Source: an uncultured Bacilli bacterium (lineage in GTDB: Bacteria; Bacillota_I; Bacilli_A; RF39; UBA660). Taken from it: a stretch of DNA of 64,000 nucleotides. The translations under genes were made by a program, and so were the position numbers. The stretch covers positions 7,232 through 71,231 of the forward strand of contig CAKOXL010000002.1 of the NCBI GenBank assembly GCA_934130105.1, given 5' to 3'. The notes under the pieces are model-generated. The model had not been told where the DNA came from. It worked only from the letters and a program-made list of their open reading frames with translations, and searched no databases. Below, piece after piece: positions 46,173 through 56,648 of the stretch (position 1 is the first letter of the stretch; each line of letters opens with the position of its first letter).

Positions 46173-47068
46173 TAACATTCTCCATCAATATTAATAATTT
46201 CATATTCACGATTTCCAATTCCAAGTTCATAAGCTCTTTCTACTGTATGAATGGCATGTTTTTCTTTCATTCTATTAATTAAAGATTCCCTACCAGGATC
46301 ATTAGAATTCATGATTGTATCATAACAACATTGATCAAGTGCGACTGGATCAATACTTGCGAATATTCCAATATCTTCCATCTCTGGATCTTTAGGATTA
46401 GAATCACAATCACAATCTATTGAAATTTTATTAGCAACATTGATATAAGCCATATTTTCTGGTTTGAAATACTCAACAACAGCCTTATCTGCTTCTGCCA
46501 TACTCTCTAAGAAACCATCTTGATCTTCTATTAAATTCCACATTTCTTTCGTGTCTTTTGTTCTTCCTACAGAATGAATCCAAGCCTTTCCACTACTAGA
46601 AGCTACTCCAATACTCATGTTTTTTAAGGCTCCGCCAAAGCCGCCCATAGCGTGTCCTTTGAAATGAGATAATACCAACATAGAATCATAGTTTTGAATA
46701 TGACTTCCTACGATATTTTTGTTTTGTAAATGTTCTCCACCATGAACAGGAATTTCTATTTCTCCTTCTTCGTCCATAATGTCACATGGAGCAATTTCTG
46801 TAAAACCATGTGCTTTAATAGTTTCCCAGTGATCACTTGAAGTCATTCTTTTTCCTGGATACGCTGTATTACATTCTACGATTGTTCCCTTTAATTTTTG
46901 AATTAATCCTTTAATTAAATTGGGATCTAGGTAGTTATGACCACCCATTTCTCCTGTTGATATTTTAACAGCTACTTTTCCCTTTAAATTTCGATTTAGT
47001 GCCTCATATATTTTGATAAGTCCTTCTTCACTAATATCTTTTGTAAAATAAACTTTTGATTTTTCCAT
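46172..47068 (-). CDS. DUF362 domain protein
   Basis: MEKSKVYFTKD...VAVKISTGEMGGHNYLDP...ECNTAYPGKR pattern. The ATG at 47068 is preceded by AAGGGAG. Confidence 0.7.
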   Translation of the reverse strand: MEKSKVYFTKDISEEGLIKIYEALNRNLKGKVAVKISTGEMGGHNYLDPNLIKGLIQKLKGTIVECNTAYPGKRMTSSDHWETIKAHGFTEIAPCDIMDEEGEIEIPVHGGEHLQNKNIVGSHIQNYDSMLVLSHFKGHAMGGFGGALKNMSIGVASSSGKAWIHSVGRTKDTKEMWNLIEDQDGFLESMAEADKAVVEYFKPENMAYINVANKISIDCDCDSNPKDPEMEDIGIFASIDPVALDQCCYDTIMNSNDPGRESLINRMKEKHAIHTVERAYELGIGNREYEIINIDGEC

Positions 47069-47082
47069 ACATTTTACTCCCT

Positions 47083-47511
47083 TCAATTTAATTTCATATA
47101 TTCATCATCAGTCACTGCTTCACACCACTCATTTGAAGTTTCTTCTCCAGGTACTTCTACTGCTAAATGACTGAACCAACTATCCTTTTTAGCTCCATGC
47201 CAATGCTTTACATTAGCAGGTATTGTAATAACCATACCTGGAGCTAAGCTAATTGCCTCTTTTCCTTCTTCCTGATACCAACCACTTCCAGCAGTACAAA
47301 TTAATATTTGACCTCCACCACTTTTAGCATGATGTATATGCCAGTTATTTCTACACCCAGGTTCAAAAGTAACATTAGCAATAAATAAACTTGTTTTATT
47401 AATATCTGTAAGCGGGTTTAAATAACTGTTACCAATAAAATATTTAGCAAAATTAACATTAGGTTCTCCTAATCCAAAAACATTTTCCTTTTCAAATTCT
47501 TGTTTATTCAT
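47083..47511 (-). CDS. cupin domain protein
   Basis: NWHIHHA...GGQILICTAGSGWY...HWHGA metal-binding cupin motifs. Confidence 0.8.
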   Translation of the reverse strand: MNKQEFEKENVFGLGEPNVNFAKYFIGNSYLNPLTDINKTSLFIANVTFEPGCRNNWHIHHAKSGGGQILICTAGSGWYQEEGKEAISLAPGMVITIPANVKHWHGAKKDSWFSHLAVEVPGEETSNEWCEAVTDDEYMKLN

Positions 47512-47824
47512 CTTTATACACTTCCTTAGCTAAATTAAATACACTCCAACCCTTAGGCCAACCAACATAAAAAGCGGCATGAGTAATAATTCCTGCCATT
47601 TCTTCTTTGGTAACCCCATTCTTCTTAGCATTTTCTAAATGATACTTTAAAGAATTATCAGTGATACCAGATGACATTAAAGCAACTACTGTAATGATGC
47701 ATCTTGTTTTTAAATCAATCGAATCATCATTCCAATTTTCACCAAATAAAATATCATCATTATAATGAGCAAAGTTAGGAGCAAATTCTCCTAAAGCTTC
47801 TCTTCCTGCTGTTTGTTTAATCAT
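47504..47824 (-). CDS. carboxymuconolactone decarboxylase (CMD/AhpD-like) family protein
   Basis: 106 aa with a pattern typical of short CMD-family proteins (DLKTRCIITVVALMSSG ... GVTKEEMAGIITHAAFYVGWP). Confidence 0.75.
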   Translation of the reverse strand: MIKQTAGREALGEFAPNFAHYNDDILFGENWNDDSIDLKTRCIITVVALMSSGITDNSLKYHLENAKKNGVTKEEMAGIITHAAFYVGWPKGWSVFNLAKEVYKDE

Positions 47825-48326
47825 GATTACACCACTTTTCTATTTTTTCTAAAGATGATTTTGCACTGCTTCCACGAATAGCTAATCCATCTTTTATAGT
47901 AGCATTCTTACAAAATCTATGCACATCTTCCATGATACTACCTAATCCTGAACCTTCATGAGTAGAAAAAGGCATCACAACTTTACCAGTAAAATCAAGA
48001 CCCTCTAATACTGTAAATAAAGGGCAAGGGTAATGCCCCCACCAGATAGGTCCACCAATATAAATGATATCATAGTTATCTAAACTATTTAAATGATTTT
48101 TAACTTCAGGTCTAATATCATTCGCAAGTTCTTCTTTTGCTACATCACAACATTCATGATAATTGTAAGGATACTCCTTAACAGGTTCAACCTTCAAAAG
48201 ATCAGCCCCAACAATCTTACTAATTTCTTCTGCTACAATTTCTGTATTTCCTTTATCAATATTTCTAATTCCATCTTCCATATAGTTTTCACCAGTATGG
48301 GAAAAATAAATAACTAAACTTTTCAT
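47817..48326 (-). CDS. flavodoxin
   Basis: MKSLVIYFSHTGEN start and GGPIWWGHYP. Confidence 0.8.
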   Translation of the reverse strand: MKSLVIYFSHTGENYMEDGIRNIDKGNTEIVAEEISKIVGADLLKVEPVKEYPYNYHECCDVAKEELANDIRPEVKNHLNSLDNYDIIYIGGPIWWGHYPCPLFTVLEGLDFTGKVVMPFSTHEGSGLGSIMEDVHRFCKNATIKDGLAIRGSSAKSSLEKIEKWCNHD

Positions 48327-48340
48327 AAAATCTTCCTTTC

Positions 48341-49180
48341 TTATTTTTCATATTCAGGTTGCCATTTACTAAAACGCTCTAGAGCTTCTTCTGTTCTAAC
48401 ATAATATCTTTCTTTTTTATTAATACTTTCTATTTTCTTCATATCTTCTTCTGATAATTTAAAATCAAAAATATCAAAATTTTCTCTTACATGGTTGGTA
48501 TTTTTAGAGCCAGGTATCGCAATAAATCCCATATCAAGATGCCATCTTAAAATAATTTGAGCTGGTGTTTTATGATATTTATTCCCAAGTTCTTGAAAAA
48601 CACTTTCCTTCATTAAAGAAGAGTCCCCATGACCTAATGGATACCAACTCATTAGTTTAATATTCTCTTTATCAATTACTTGTCTAAGTTCTTCTTGTCT
48701 AAAATAAGGATGTGCTTCTACTTGAATTACCTGTGGTTTAATCTCACAGTTTTTTAAAATCTCTTCTAAATATTCTCCTTCAAAATTAGAAACTCCAATT
48801 GCTCTTATTTTTCCTTCTTTATAGGCTTTTTCTAACATTCTATACCCCTTCATATAATTGCCACCAGGTTGATGAAGAAATAATAAATCAATATAATCTG
48901 TTCCTAATCTTTCTAAAGTCTCATCAATAGCATTCTCATTTTCATACTCAGTAACCCATAGCTTGGTTGATAAAAAGATATCTTTTCTATCTTGGTTAGA
49001 TTGAGCTATTCCTCTACCAGCTGCTCTTTCATTCATATAAGCATTCGCAGTATCAATAAGTCTATAACCCATATTAATACCTTCTCTTACTGTGATATTA
49101 GCATCTTCTGGTGAAATTAAATAAGTACCAAGTCCAAAATTAGGCATTTCTACCCCATTATTTAATATTAACTTTTCCAT
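48341..49180 (-). CDS. aldo/keto reductase
   Basis: GLGTY, YRLIDTANAY, DLLFLHQP and IGVSNF motifs. Confidence 0.9.
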   Translation of the reverse strand: MEKLILNNGVEMPNFGLGTYLISPEDANITVREGINMGYRLIDTANAYMNERAAGRGIAQSNQDRKDIFLSTKLWVTEYENENAIDETLERLGTDYIDLLFLHQPGGNYMKGYRMLEKAYKEGKIRAIGVSNFEGEYLEEILKNCEIKPQVIQVEAHPYFRQEELRQVIDKENIKLMSWYPLGHGDSSLMKESVFQELGNKYHKTPAQIILRWHLDMGFIAIPGSKNTNHVRENFDIFDFKLSEEDMKKIESINKKERYYVRTEEALERFSKWQPEYEK

Positions 49181-49264
49181 TTTATTCTTCCTTTCTTAAC
49201 TATTTAACTCTTTAATCCAATTACTTACTTCCGTCCTAGAAACACTAAGTCTCATATCTAATTT

Positions 49265-49648
49265 TTATATTTCCTCTGTGAAATCTTTTCTGATACCCTC
49301 TTCTATTTCTGAATATAGGCCTATCTTATAATCAAGTCTTTCTATGGTTTTCATAATTTCCTCTTGTTTAGAAACTAGTATTTTTCTCTGTTCTACTAAC
49401 AATTCTTTTCTAGCACTAACAGTTTTCTTACCTTCTTTAAATAAATCCATATATTTAACTAATGCTTCAATTTGCATACCAGCTGACCTCATGCACTTAA
49501 TAAACTCAATCTGTCTGCAAGATTTATCATCATAATTTCTAATACCAGACTGGTTTCTTGGTACATTAGAAAGTAACCCTATCTTTTCATAATAACGAAG
49601 AGTATCTTGGCTTAAATCATATTTTTTACTTACTTCTGAGATTGTCAT
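49265..49648 (-). CDS. MerR family transcriptional regulator
   Basis: MTISEVSKKYDLSQDTLRYYEKIGLL HTH. A coiled-coil C-terminal half. Confidence 0.9.
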   Translation of the reverse strand: MTISEVSKKYDLSQDTLRYYEKIGLLSNVPRNQSGIRNYDDKSCRQIEFIKCMRSAGMQIEALVKYMDLFKEGKKTVSARKELLVEQRKILVSKQEEIMKTIERLDYKIGLYSEIEEGIRKDFTEEI

Positions 49649-49655
49649 ACTACAC

Positions 49656-51419
49656 CTACTTATTTAATAAATTAAGAATATCTTCCGTAATCTGTTCTTT
49701 CGTTAACCTATTATCTTTTAATAAAGTATTAACATCATATCTATCATAGAAAGCCTTTTTAATACCATAATTTTTAACTAACATATCACTACTTCCATAA
49801 TAACTAGCTATCTTTTCACCAAAACCACCATCTAAAATACCGTCTTCTAGAGTAATTACTAGTTTGTGATTATTCTTAATTTCATCTAATAACTTAGTAT
49901 CAAGACCTGTGATATATCTAGGATTAATTAAAGTAGCATGAATATCTTTTTCTTCTAATTCTTTTACTACTGCTTCTCCTAATTGATAAAAATCTCCTAA
50001 TGCTAAAATAGCTACCTCACTACCACTTTTTTCAACCTTATATTGATTTAAATTACTATAATCCGTATCAACTGTCCTATCATCATTTACTACTCCATTA
50101 CAAGGAATACGAATCGCAACAGGATAAGAATTTTGTTCAATACTCCAGTCTAACATAGCAAAATATTCATTTTTACTAGTAGGAGCTAAATAAACCATAT
50201 TAGGAATATTTGAAATAAAAGAAATATCAAAAATACCTAAATGCGTAATATCATTCATTCCATAAATAGAAGCTGTATTTACTAAAATAGTAGCACTACT
50301 TTTATTAATACATAAGTCTTGAGATAACTGGTCATAAGTTCTTTGCATAAAACTAGAGTGTGTAGCAAATACTGGCTTTCCACCATTTTTAGCGATACCT
50401 GATGCAAGGGCAACTGCGTGTTCTTCCGCAATACCAACATCAACAAACTGACTACCTGCTTCCATTCTTCTTTCCTTCGTAAAACCAATATTACTTGGAA
50501 CACCAGCAACAATAGTAACTACTTTTTTATCTTTTTTCATTTTATCTAGTAAATATTCGCCCGTTAAATTACCATAATTTTCACTATTTCCTATGAATTT
50601 AGATTTACCTGTTTCAACATCAAAAGGCATAGTCCAGTGCCAATTTTCTTTATTTTCTGTTGCATATTGATAACCTTTTCCCTTCTCAGTATGAATATGA
50701 ACAACAATTGGGTGATCAATATCTTTAACACTTTTAAAAGCTTGAATTAAAGTATCAATATCATTACCATTTTCTACATACATATAGTCAAGTCCCATAG
50801 CCTTAAATAAGTTATTACTACAAGTACAATTACTTTCTCTAAGCTCTTTCAAATTCTTATAAAGGCCACCATGATTTTCAGCAATAGACATTTCATTATC
50901 ATTAACTACAATAATAAGATTAGTATTAGTATCTCCTACATAATCAAGTCCTTCTAATGCTTCTCCACCACTTAGGGAACCATCTCCAATCACACCAATC
51001 ACATTATACTTATCCCCTACTAAGTCTCTTGCTTTTGCTAAGCCTGATGCTAAACTAATAGAAGTAGAAGTATGACCTATCTTAAAGAAATCATGTTTAC
51101 TTTCTTCAAAATCAGTATAACCTGTTACATCATCATAGTGATTTTTCTCCATAAAAGATAACTTTCTACCAGTTAAAATCTTATGTGTATAACTCTGATG
51201 AGAAACATCAAACACAATCTTATCTTCTGGAGAATTAAAAATATAATGTAGAGCTATAATAGCTTCAACCATTCCAAAATTAGGACCAAAATGTCCACCA
51301 TGAATACTTAATTTTTCTAGTAAAACACTTCTAATTTCACTAGCTAAAGTCTTTAATTCGTCACTAGTTAACTGCTTTAAATCACTAGGACTATCTACTT
51401 TACTTAATATTTCTAACAT
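49656..51419 (-). CDS. dxs: 1-deoxy-D-xylulose-5-phosphate synthase family (transketolase-like) protein
   Basis: GGHFGPNFGMVE, DVSHQSYTHKILTGR, the IGDGSLSGGEALEGL ThDP motif and GIAEEHAV. The ATG at 51419 follows a GGAGGA SD (the ORF-track start at 51437 is upstream of the SD). Confidence 0.75.
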   Translation of the reverse strand: MLEILSKVDSPSDLKQLTSDELKTLASEIRSVLLEKLSIHGGHFGPNFGMVEAIIALHYIFNSPEDKIVFDVSHQSYTHKILTGRKLSFMEKNHYDDVTGYTDFEESKHDFFKIGHTSTSISLASGLAKARDLVGDKYNVIGVIGDGSLSGGEALEGLDYVGDTNTNLIIVVNDNEMSIAENHGGLYKNLKELRESNCTCSNNLFKAMGLDYMYVENGNDIDTLIQAFKSVKDIDHPIVVHIHTEKGKGYQYATENKENWHWTMPFDVETGKSKFIGNSENYGNLTGEYLLDKMKKDKKVVTIVAGVPSNIGFTKERRMEAGSQFVDVGIAEEHAVALASGIAKNGGKPVFATHSSFMQRTYDQLSQDLCINKSSATILVNTASIYGMNDITHLGIFDISFISNIPNMVYLAPTSKNEYFAMLDWSIEQNSYPVAIRIPCNGVVNDDRTVDTDYSNLNQYKVEKSGSEVAILALGDFYQLGEAVVKELEEKDIHATLINPRYITGLDTKLLDEIKNNHKLVITLEDGILDGGFGEKIASYYGSSDMLVKNYGIKKAFYDRYDVNTLLKDNRLTKEQITEDILNLLNK

Positions 51420-51526
51420 ATATATTCCTCCAATCATTACATTTAATATATACTACTTAGAGTTTGCTCCAAGTCAAGATGTTTTTAAAAAAATAGATTG
51501 ATTTTATATCAACCTACACAGTATTA

Positions 51527-51973
51527 TTATTTTTCTAACTTCATATATAAAATAGGATAATGATTTCCTTGCTCATCTAATTCTTCCCTTTTATACACTT
51601 TAAATCCCATATGTTCATAAAATTCTATTGCATTAGGATTTTGTTCATTAACTACAAGTTTGTTAACATTATAGTTTTCTATTCCATAATTAATTAACCT
51701 TTTTCCAAGGCCTTTTCCTCTTTCACTATTCTTAATAAATAGCATTTCCAATTTTGTACCTTCTATTCCCATAAAGGCAATTGGTATATTAATATCATTT
51801 TCTATAATTATTAAATGTGATACTTCATTTAAAGCCTGAGGCACATACTTCTTTATATTTTTTATTTCTTCATCTGATAAAAACAAATGCGTTGCTTTTA
51901 CCGAATCTTCCCATACTTCTAGTAATCTATTTATTAATACTACTGTTCTATTATTTACTTCAATGATACTCAT
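51527..51973 (-). CDS. GNAT family N-acetyltransferase
   Basis: RGKGLGKRLINYGI acetyl-CoA motif. The ATG at 51973 follows GAGGGGTGG. Confidence 0.8.
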   Translation of the reverse strand: MSIIEVNNRTVVLINRLLEVWEDSVKATHLFLSDEEIKNIKKYVPQALNEVSHLIIIENDINIPIAFMGIEGTKLEMLFIKNSERGKGLGKRLINYGIENYNVNKLVVNEQNPNAIEFYEHMGFKVYKREELDEQGNHYPILYMKLEK

Positions 51974-52305
51974 ATTCCACCCCTCATAAATTATTTTGTG
52001 ATAGTTTTTGTTAAACAATTTTTAGTGATAATATTTCAATCAAAAGCGTAACTCCTATCAGCAATCCAATTGATAAACTCACCTAAATAAAGTATAATAC
52101 ACATTTTTATTATTTCTCTTGTTTTAATAAAATAATAATACCAATAACTAGTGAACAAATTCCTACGATAATTCCAATTATACCATTATATAAAGAATTA
52201 TCTACATTAACCTGAGTGAATGATAACAATGCTGACTGTGTTAGTTCTAATGATATTAGTGCTGTAGCTTATTATAATTAACTTTTAATTTTTCTATTAT
52301 ACTTT

Positions 52306-52884
52306 TCATGGTCTAACACATTCCATAATAATCTGAACAATATCTTCTATCTCATCTTTGCAATCATTGATAGTCCATTCTTTCACTACTGCCATAATAC
52401 CATGAACATAAAACTGTAATATATATTTCTTTTTATTACTAGAAACACCATATTTATCTAAAATAGGATTCAATATATATTTTTCTAAATTAGAATATGC
52501 TTCCTGAGTTTTCATAACAGTTGGGCTTTTAAAAGCCGCCATAAATAGCTTTTTATTGCTTTTAATAAAATCTAAGTAAGGTTTTAAATATTCTTCATTA
52601 ATCAAAATTAAATCTTCTTTATTTGAAGTATTTATTTTATTGATAAATTCCTTAGGTGTTTTATTAAAATGCATTATTAATTTATTTACAGTGTGCTCTA
52701 ATGTTTCATTTAATAAATCATCAATAGATTCATAATGAAGATAAAAAGTTGAGCGATTAAACCCAGCTTTTTCACATATTTCTTTAACAGTTATATATTC
52801 GATATCTTTCTGTTCTAATAAAATAATAAATGCTTCATCAAATAAAGAAGCAGTATTAAAATATTTACTTTCCTGTTTATTCAT
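52306..52884 (-). CDS. TetR/AcrR family transcriptional regulator
   Basis: N-terminal HTH ITVKEICEKAGFNRSTFYLHY. Confidence 0.85.
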   Translation of the reverse strand: MNKQESKYFNTASLFDEAFIILLEQKDIEYITVKEICEKAGFNRSTFYLHYESIDDLLNETLEHTVNKLIMHFNKTPKEFINKINTSNKEDLILINEEYLKPYLDFIKSNKKLFMAAFKSPTVMKTQEAYSNLEKYILNPILDKYGVSSNKKKYILQFYVHGIMAVVKEWTINDCKDEIEDIVQIIMECVRP

Positions 52885-52908
52885 TTAATACCACTCCTTT
52901 TTTAATTA

Positions 52909-53253
52909 CTATTTAGATTCAGAAATCTCATTTGCTAACTTTATTATATCATAAGCATATTTTTCTTTAGAAGACTTTAATATCTTTTTATATATTGGAT
53001 AGTTAACACTAACACCAATAATACCGATAATACCAATAATAATTCCAAGTATAAAAGAATTACCTATCACTTTCATAGATAAGCACATACCAATTCCTAA
53101 CACTAAACTCATAACAACACCATTTGTATAAGCAAATATTTCTGCTGGTAATTTAGCCTTTCTATCTAGTTTTTTTAAAGCAATCACTTTAGATTCATTT
53201 TTCTTAGAATATTCATTTACAATATGCTCCGCATAAATTTTATCTGTATTCAT
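52909..53253 (-). CDS. small membrane protein (2 TM)
   Basis: ORF track. Two hydrophobic helices in the middle of a 114-aa protein. Confidence 0.5.
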   Translation of the reverse strand: MNTDKIYAEHIVNEYSKKNESKVIALKKLDRKAKLPAEIFAYTNGVVMSLVLGIGMCLSMKVIGNSFILGIIIGIIGIIGVSVNYPIYKKILKSSKEKYAYDIIKLANEISESK

Positions 53254-53360
53254 TTAAAACACCTTTTCCTTTCTCATTGCAACTACATTTTATCAATAAA
53301 TATAAAAATCTTAAACAACACAAAAAGGTAAAAATGTCTATTTAAATTTATTTAATAAAC

Positions 53361-54275
53361 TTAATCTTTATCATTTAACAAATACACTTTTAGTAAGTCA
53401 TATGTTTTCGTTTCTAATTTTGATTCCTTCTTTAACTTTTCAAACTCATTTTCCAAAAGTACAAATTCTTCTCTTGCACTCATTGCATGATCTGATATAC
53501 ACATTTTGCCTATGAAATTAGAAAACATAAATCTATAAATAAACGCACAGAAATTCTTTTTGTTTACACAATTTTCATATTCACCTTTAGGAAGTATTTC
53601 ATATCCTAATTTTTTAAGAACATCATATTCTTCTATAATTGCGTCCATTATTAGTAAAGAATATTCTTTATCTTTTTTCAGTAACTTTAAATTACCATTT
53701 ACTTTATAACTAGCAAATGCTAAAGGAAGAACAGCACAGGCATGTGTTTTAAGATAATCATTCATTTTATTTTCTATAATTACTTTTATTTTAGTTTCTT
53801 TAAATACACTTCTTATAAAGTCATTACTAGTATCTTTTCCATCTATTCTACCAATTTGAATTTTATTTAAACAAATTGAATCTATATAGGTATCATATTT
53901 TTTACCAGCTGCCATAAAGAAGGCAAATAACACATTTTTATTTTTGATATTTGCATATCTTTCAGCTAACATATTATTACCTACAAATACTATATTTTTA
54001 CTTTTATTACTTTCTATAATAGGAACAATACTATCTAAAGATGAAAATCTTGAAACTACAAATATGGCATCATAAATATCATTTTCTTCTAACTTATCTA
54101 TTACATTAAAATGATCCACTGTTCTTCTACTAAATTTATGTTTGATAATAAGACCGTTATTTTTTAGATTTTCATAAGTTTTATTTCTTACTAATATAGT
54201 AACATCATTACCTTTTTTTATAGAATGTGCTAGATTAGAGCCAACTACACCAGCTCCAATAATTAATATTCTCAT
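53361..54275 (-). CDS. ketopantoate reductase (PanE/ApbA) family oxidoreductase
   Basis: MRILIIGAGVVGSNLA Rossmann start (ATG at 54275). ~300 aa with a two-domain layout. Confidence 0.7.
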   Translation of the reverse strand: MRILIIGAGVVGSNLAHSIKKGNDVTILVRNKTYENLKNNGLIIKHKFSRRTVDHFNVIDKLEENDIYDAIFVVSRFSSLDSIVPIIESNKSKNIVFVGNNMLAERYANIKNKNVLFAFFMAAGKKYDTYIDSICLNKIQIGRIDGKDTSNDFIRSVFKETKIKVIIENKMNDYLKTHACAVLPLAFASYKVNGNLKLLKKDKEYSLLIMDAIIEEYDVLKKLGYEILPKGEYENCVNKKNFCAFIYRFMFSNFIGKMCISDHAMSAREEFVLLENEFEKLKKESKLETKTYDLLKVYLLNDKD

Positions 54276-54537
54276 TTCAACCATTCCTTTCAACAAACTA
54301 CTATTTATCTATTTTTATGTATCACTAATATAAGTTTATCATATAACTACTACTTTGCATCAATCTATTTAAATAAAAAATACCTAGAATTTTTTCTAAG
54401 TATTTTTTGTAAAAATTGATCAAAATACAAATATTCATATCAAAATATCTTACTAATTTAATTACACATGAATAAAAACAAAATATTTTAATGAATGATA
54501 TCATCAAGTCAAATAATTTCAATTATAATTTGTTACA

Positions 54538-55866
54538 TTAAGCATATTCATATTTCTTTTTATTTTTTATTAAACAAATAATGCTTACAATTAATGCTAA
54601 TATTTCAGCAACTAATACAGATAACCATATTCCATTTACACCAATTAATTTTGGTAATACTAATATCACTATAACTTGAAATACCAATGTCCTTGCAAAA
54701 GATATAAGTGCTGATACAAAGCCATCATTAAGTGCCGTAAAGAATGATGAGGCATATATATTAAACCAACTTATAATATAAGATAATGAATATAGCCTCA
54801 AAGCATTGATAGTTAAATTTAGTAACTCTTTATCATAACCAACAAATATACTTGCAAGTGGTTTAGCAAATATTTCAGCAAGTAATGTCATTACTATCGC
54901 TGTTACTCCTAACAACCTTATACTTTTCTTTAATAAACTTTTTAATTCTTCCTTATTATCTGCTCCATAATGATAACTTATTATTGGAGCTGAACCTACT
55001 GAATATCCAACATAAGTTCCTACAAATAAAAATCCTACATACATGATTATTCCATAAGCAGATACACCATTTGACCCAACCAATTTCATAAGTTGCATGT
55101 TAAATAAAATATTTACAAGTGACATAGATAAATTAGTAACCATTTCTGATGATCCATTAACACAAGTCTTTAATATTGGTGATAACTCAAACTTAGTTTT
55201 AACAAGTTTTAATGGCGATTTATTTTTTCTAATAAAATATATCATTGGTATAGTAGCACCAACAATTTGACTTGTTATAGTTGCTATTGCCGCACCAGAT
55301 ACTCCTAGTTTAAATACATAAATAAGTAAGAAATCTAATATCATATTAGTTAATCCAGCTATTATTGATATAACTAGTCCAAATCCAGGCTTCTCTGCTA
55401 CTACCAAGAATGATTGAAAACTATTTTGCAAAATAAATGCTGTCATTCCTATTAATAATATTCTTCCATAAGTTAAACAATTAGGTAACATATCTTCTGT
55501 TGCTTTTAATAATACCGCTATCGGTTCTAAAAATAATAGACCAATAATAGTAAATATAATACCTAATATAATTTCTAAATATACTAGCATTGAAAAATAT
55601 CTGTTAGCTTTTTCATTATCTCCTTCACCTAAAGTTTTTGAAATCATAGCACTTCCACCTGTACCAAACATAAATCCTATTGTACCAATTATCATAATAA
55701 CCGGCATAATTAAATTTACTGATGCAAAAGCACTACCTTTCACAACATTTGAAATAAATAAACCATCTACTACACCATATATTGAAGTAAAAATCATCAT
55801 TATTATTGTAGGTAAAGTAAACTTAACCAAATTTTTATAAGTAAAATGTTCTGATATACTAATCAT
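54538..55866 (-). CDS. MATE family efflux transporter
   Basis: 12-TM profile. Typical N-terminus LVKFTLPTIIMMIFTSIYGVVDGLFISN. The ATG at 55866 follows GGAGG and overlaps the upstream gene by 8 nt. Confidence 0.9.
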   Translation of the reverse strand: MISISEHFTYKNLVKFTLPTIIMMIFTSIYGVVDGLFISNVVKGSAFASVNLIMPVIMIIGTIGFMFGTGGSAMISKTLGEGDNEKANRYFSMLVYLEIILGIIFTIIGLLFLEPIAVLLKATEDMLPNCLTYGRILLIGMTAFILQNSFQSFLVVAEKPGFGLVISIIAGLTNMILDFLLIYVFKLGVSGAAIATITSQIVGATIPMIYFIRKNKSPLKLVKTKFELSPILKTCVNGSSEMVTNLSMSLVNILFNMQLMKLVGSNGVSAYGIIMYVGFLFVGTYVGYSVGSAPIISYHYGADNKEELKSLLKKSIRLLGVTAIVMTLLAEIFAKPLASIFVGYDKELLNLTINALRLYSLSYIISWFNIYASSFFTALNDGFVSALISFARTLVFQVIVILVLPKLIGVNGIWLSVLVAEILALIVSIICLIKNKKKYEYA

Positions 55867-56482
55867 TTTTACTACCTCCAAACCACATTTCTATATATTC
55901 CGATAATGGGTTTATTATTTTCTTAATTTCTATATTTGATGTATTTATACATAAATCATAATTTTTCTTATTACCCCACTCCAGACTAGAAATTAAACTA
56001 TTAAATGCTTTTCTATTTTTATCTATATCTTTAATTTTATTTATTAACTCTTTATCAGTTAGATTTTCATCTTTTAATGCTTTCTTTTTACAGCGATTAA
56101 CTTTACTATCCATATTGGCATAAACGAAAATATTCATTGGATTATATTCTTTTAATATAACATTGGCACCACGACCAACGATAATGGCATTCCCTTTATC
56201 TGCAATTTGTTTTAATATTTTAGTTTGTTTCACCAAAATATCAGTTTGATTTTTTATAAGTGGATAACTTACTGTAAAAGTTTTTCCAAATTGAAAAGCA
56301 ATTGGATATATACCTTTTTCTGATATATTCTTTATGTAATCTTCTGAATCTCCTGTTTCTTTTGCGAGTAAATTTATTATTTCAGAATCATAATAAGCAT
56401 ACCCTAATTTATCAGCCAACCTTTTACCTATTTCTCTACCACCTGAACCAAATTCTCTACTTATTGTAATAATCTTATTCAT
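55859..56482 (-). CDS. cytidylate kinase-like family (AAA) protein
   Basis: MNKIITISREFGSGGREIGKRLADKLGYAYYD N-terminus. Confidence 0.75.
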   Translation of the reverse strand: MNKIITISREFGSGGREIGKRLADKLGYAYYDSEIINLLAKETGDSEDYIKNISEKGIYPIAFQFGKTFTVSYPLIKNQTDILVKQTKILKQIADKGNAIIVGRGANVILKEYNPMNIFVYANMDSKVNRCKKKALKDENLTDKELINKIKDIDKNRKAFNSLISSLEWGNKKNYDLCINTSNIEIKKIINPLSEYIEMWFGGSKND

Positions 56483-56505
56483 AACTACCTACCTCTTTAA
56501 ATTAT

Positions 56506-56547
56506 TTCAAAATAAAAGCCCAGTTATTTCATTTTAAAATAACCGAG
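56506..56547 (-). terminator. leader (attenuator) terminator upstream of the kinase-like/MATE operon
   Basis: On the minus strand CUCGGUUAUUU (56547-56537) pairs with AAAUAACUGGG (56529-56519), 11 bp including 2 G-U pairs, followed by CUUUUAUUUUG. Confidence 0.7.
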
Positions 56548-56642
56548 CTCACTCGACATCTTGTAATCGACTCCTTGTTTCTGTTTTTACAGAACGGTAC
56601 TACGGCACCGAGTCCTCCGATGACACATTTAAATTTTAACTT
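56548..56642 (-). promoter_or_regulatory. structured 5' leader, candidate riboswitch aptamer (class not identified)
   Basis: Minus-strand RNA GGAGGACUCGGUGCCGUAGUACCGUUCUGUAAAAACAGAAACAAGGAGUCGAUUAC. The outer helix GACUC/GAGUC (extendable by CAUC/GAUG) encloses hairpins CGGU..ACCG and UUCUGU-AAAA-ACAGAA. The region is distinctly more GC-rich than its surroundings. Confidence 0.5.
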
Positions 56643-56648
56643 GTGCTA

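Noticed and set aside
49181-49264. ACTTA-N18-TAAGT inverted repeat as a MerR operator upstream of the AKR gene
   Set aside because: The half-sites are only 5 bp. The spacing does not fit the usual 19-20-bp-spacer MerR promoter, and no convincing -35/-10 pair brackets it.
52019-52305. 287-bp gap containing ORF fragments (a TM-like ...GIIGIIVGICSLVIGIIILLKQEK stop, with no ATG; and a 22-codon ATG ORF)
   Set aside because: This may be the remnant of a decayed small membrane protein gene. No intact start or SD is visible and I cannot reconstruct a frameshift, so I did not call a pseudogene.
54325-54522. 65-aa ORF in the 241-bp gap between the MATE and panE-like genes
   Set aside because: It has no SD and an AT-rich low-complexity translation. 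The gap more likely holds the panE-like promoter.
56590-56625. Plus-strand CCGAUGAC-like string reminiscent of the fluoride riboswitch 3' consensus
   Set aside because: It is in the wrong orientation, since no plus-strand gene lies downstream. The remaining conserved crcB-motif elements are absent. The minus-strand leader interpretation fits the promoter and terminator.
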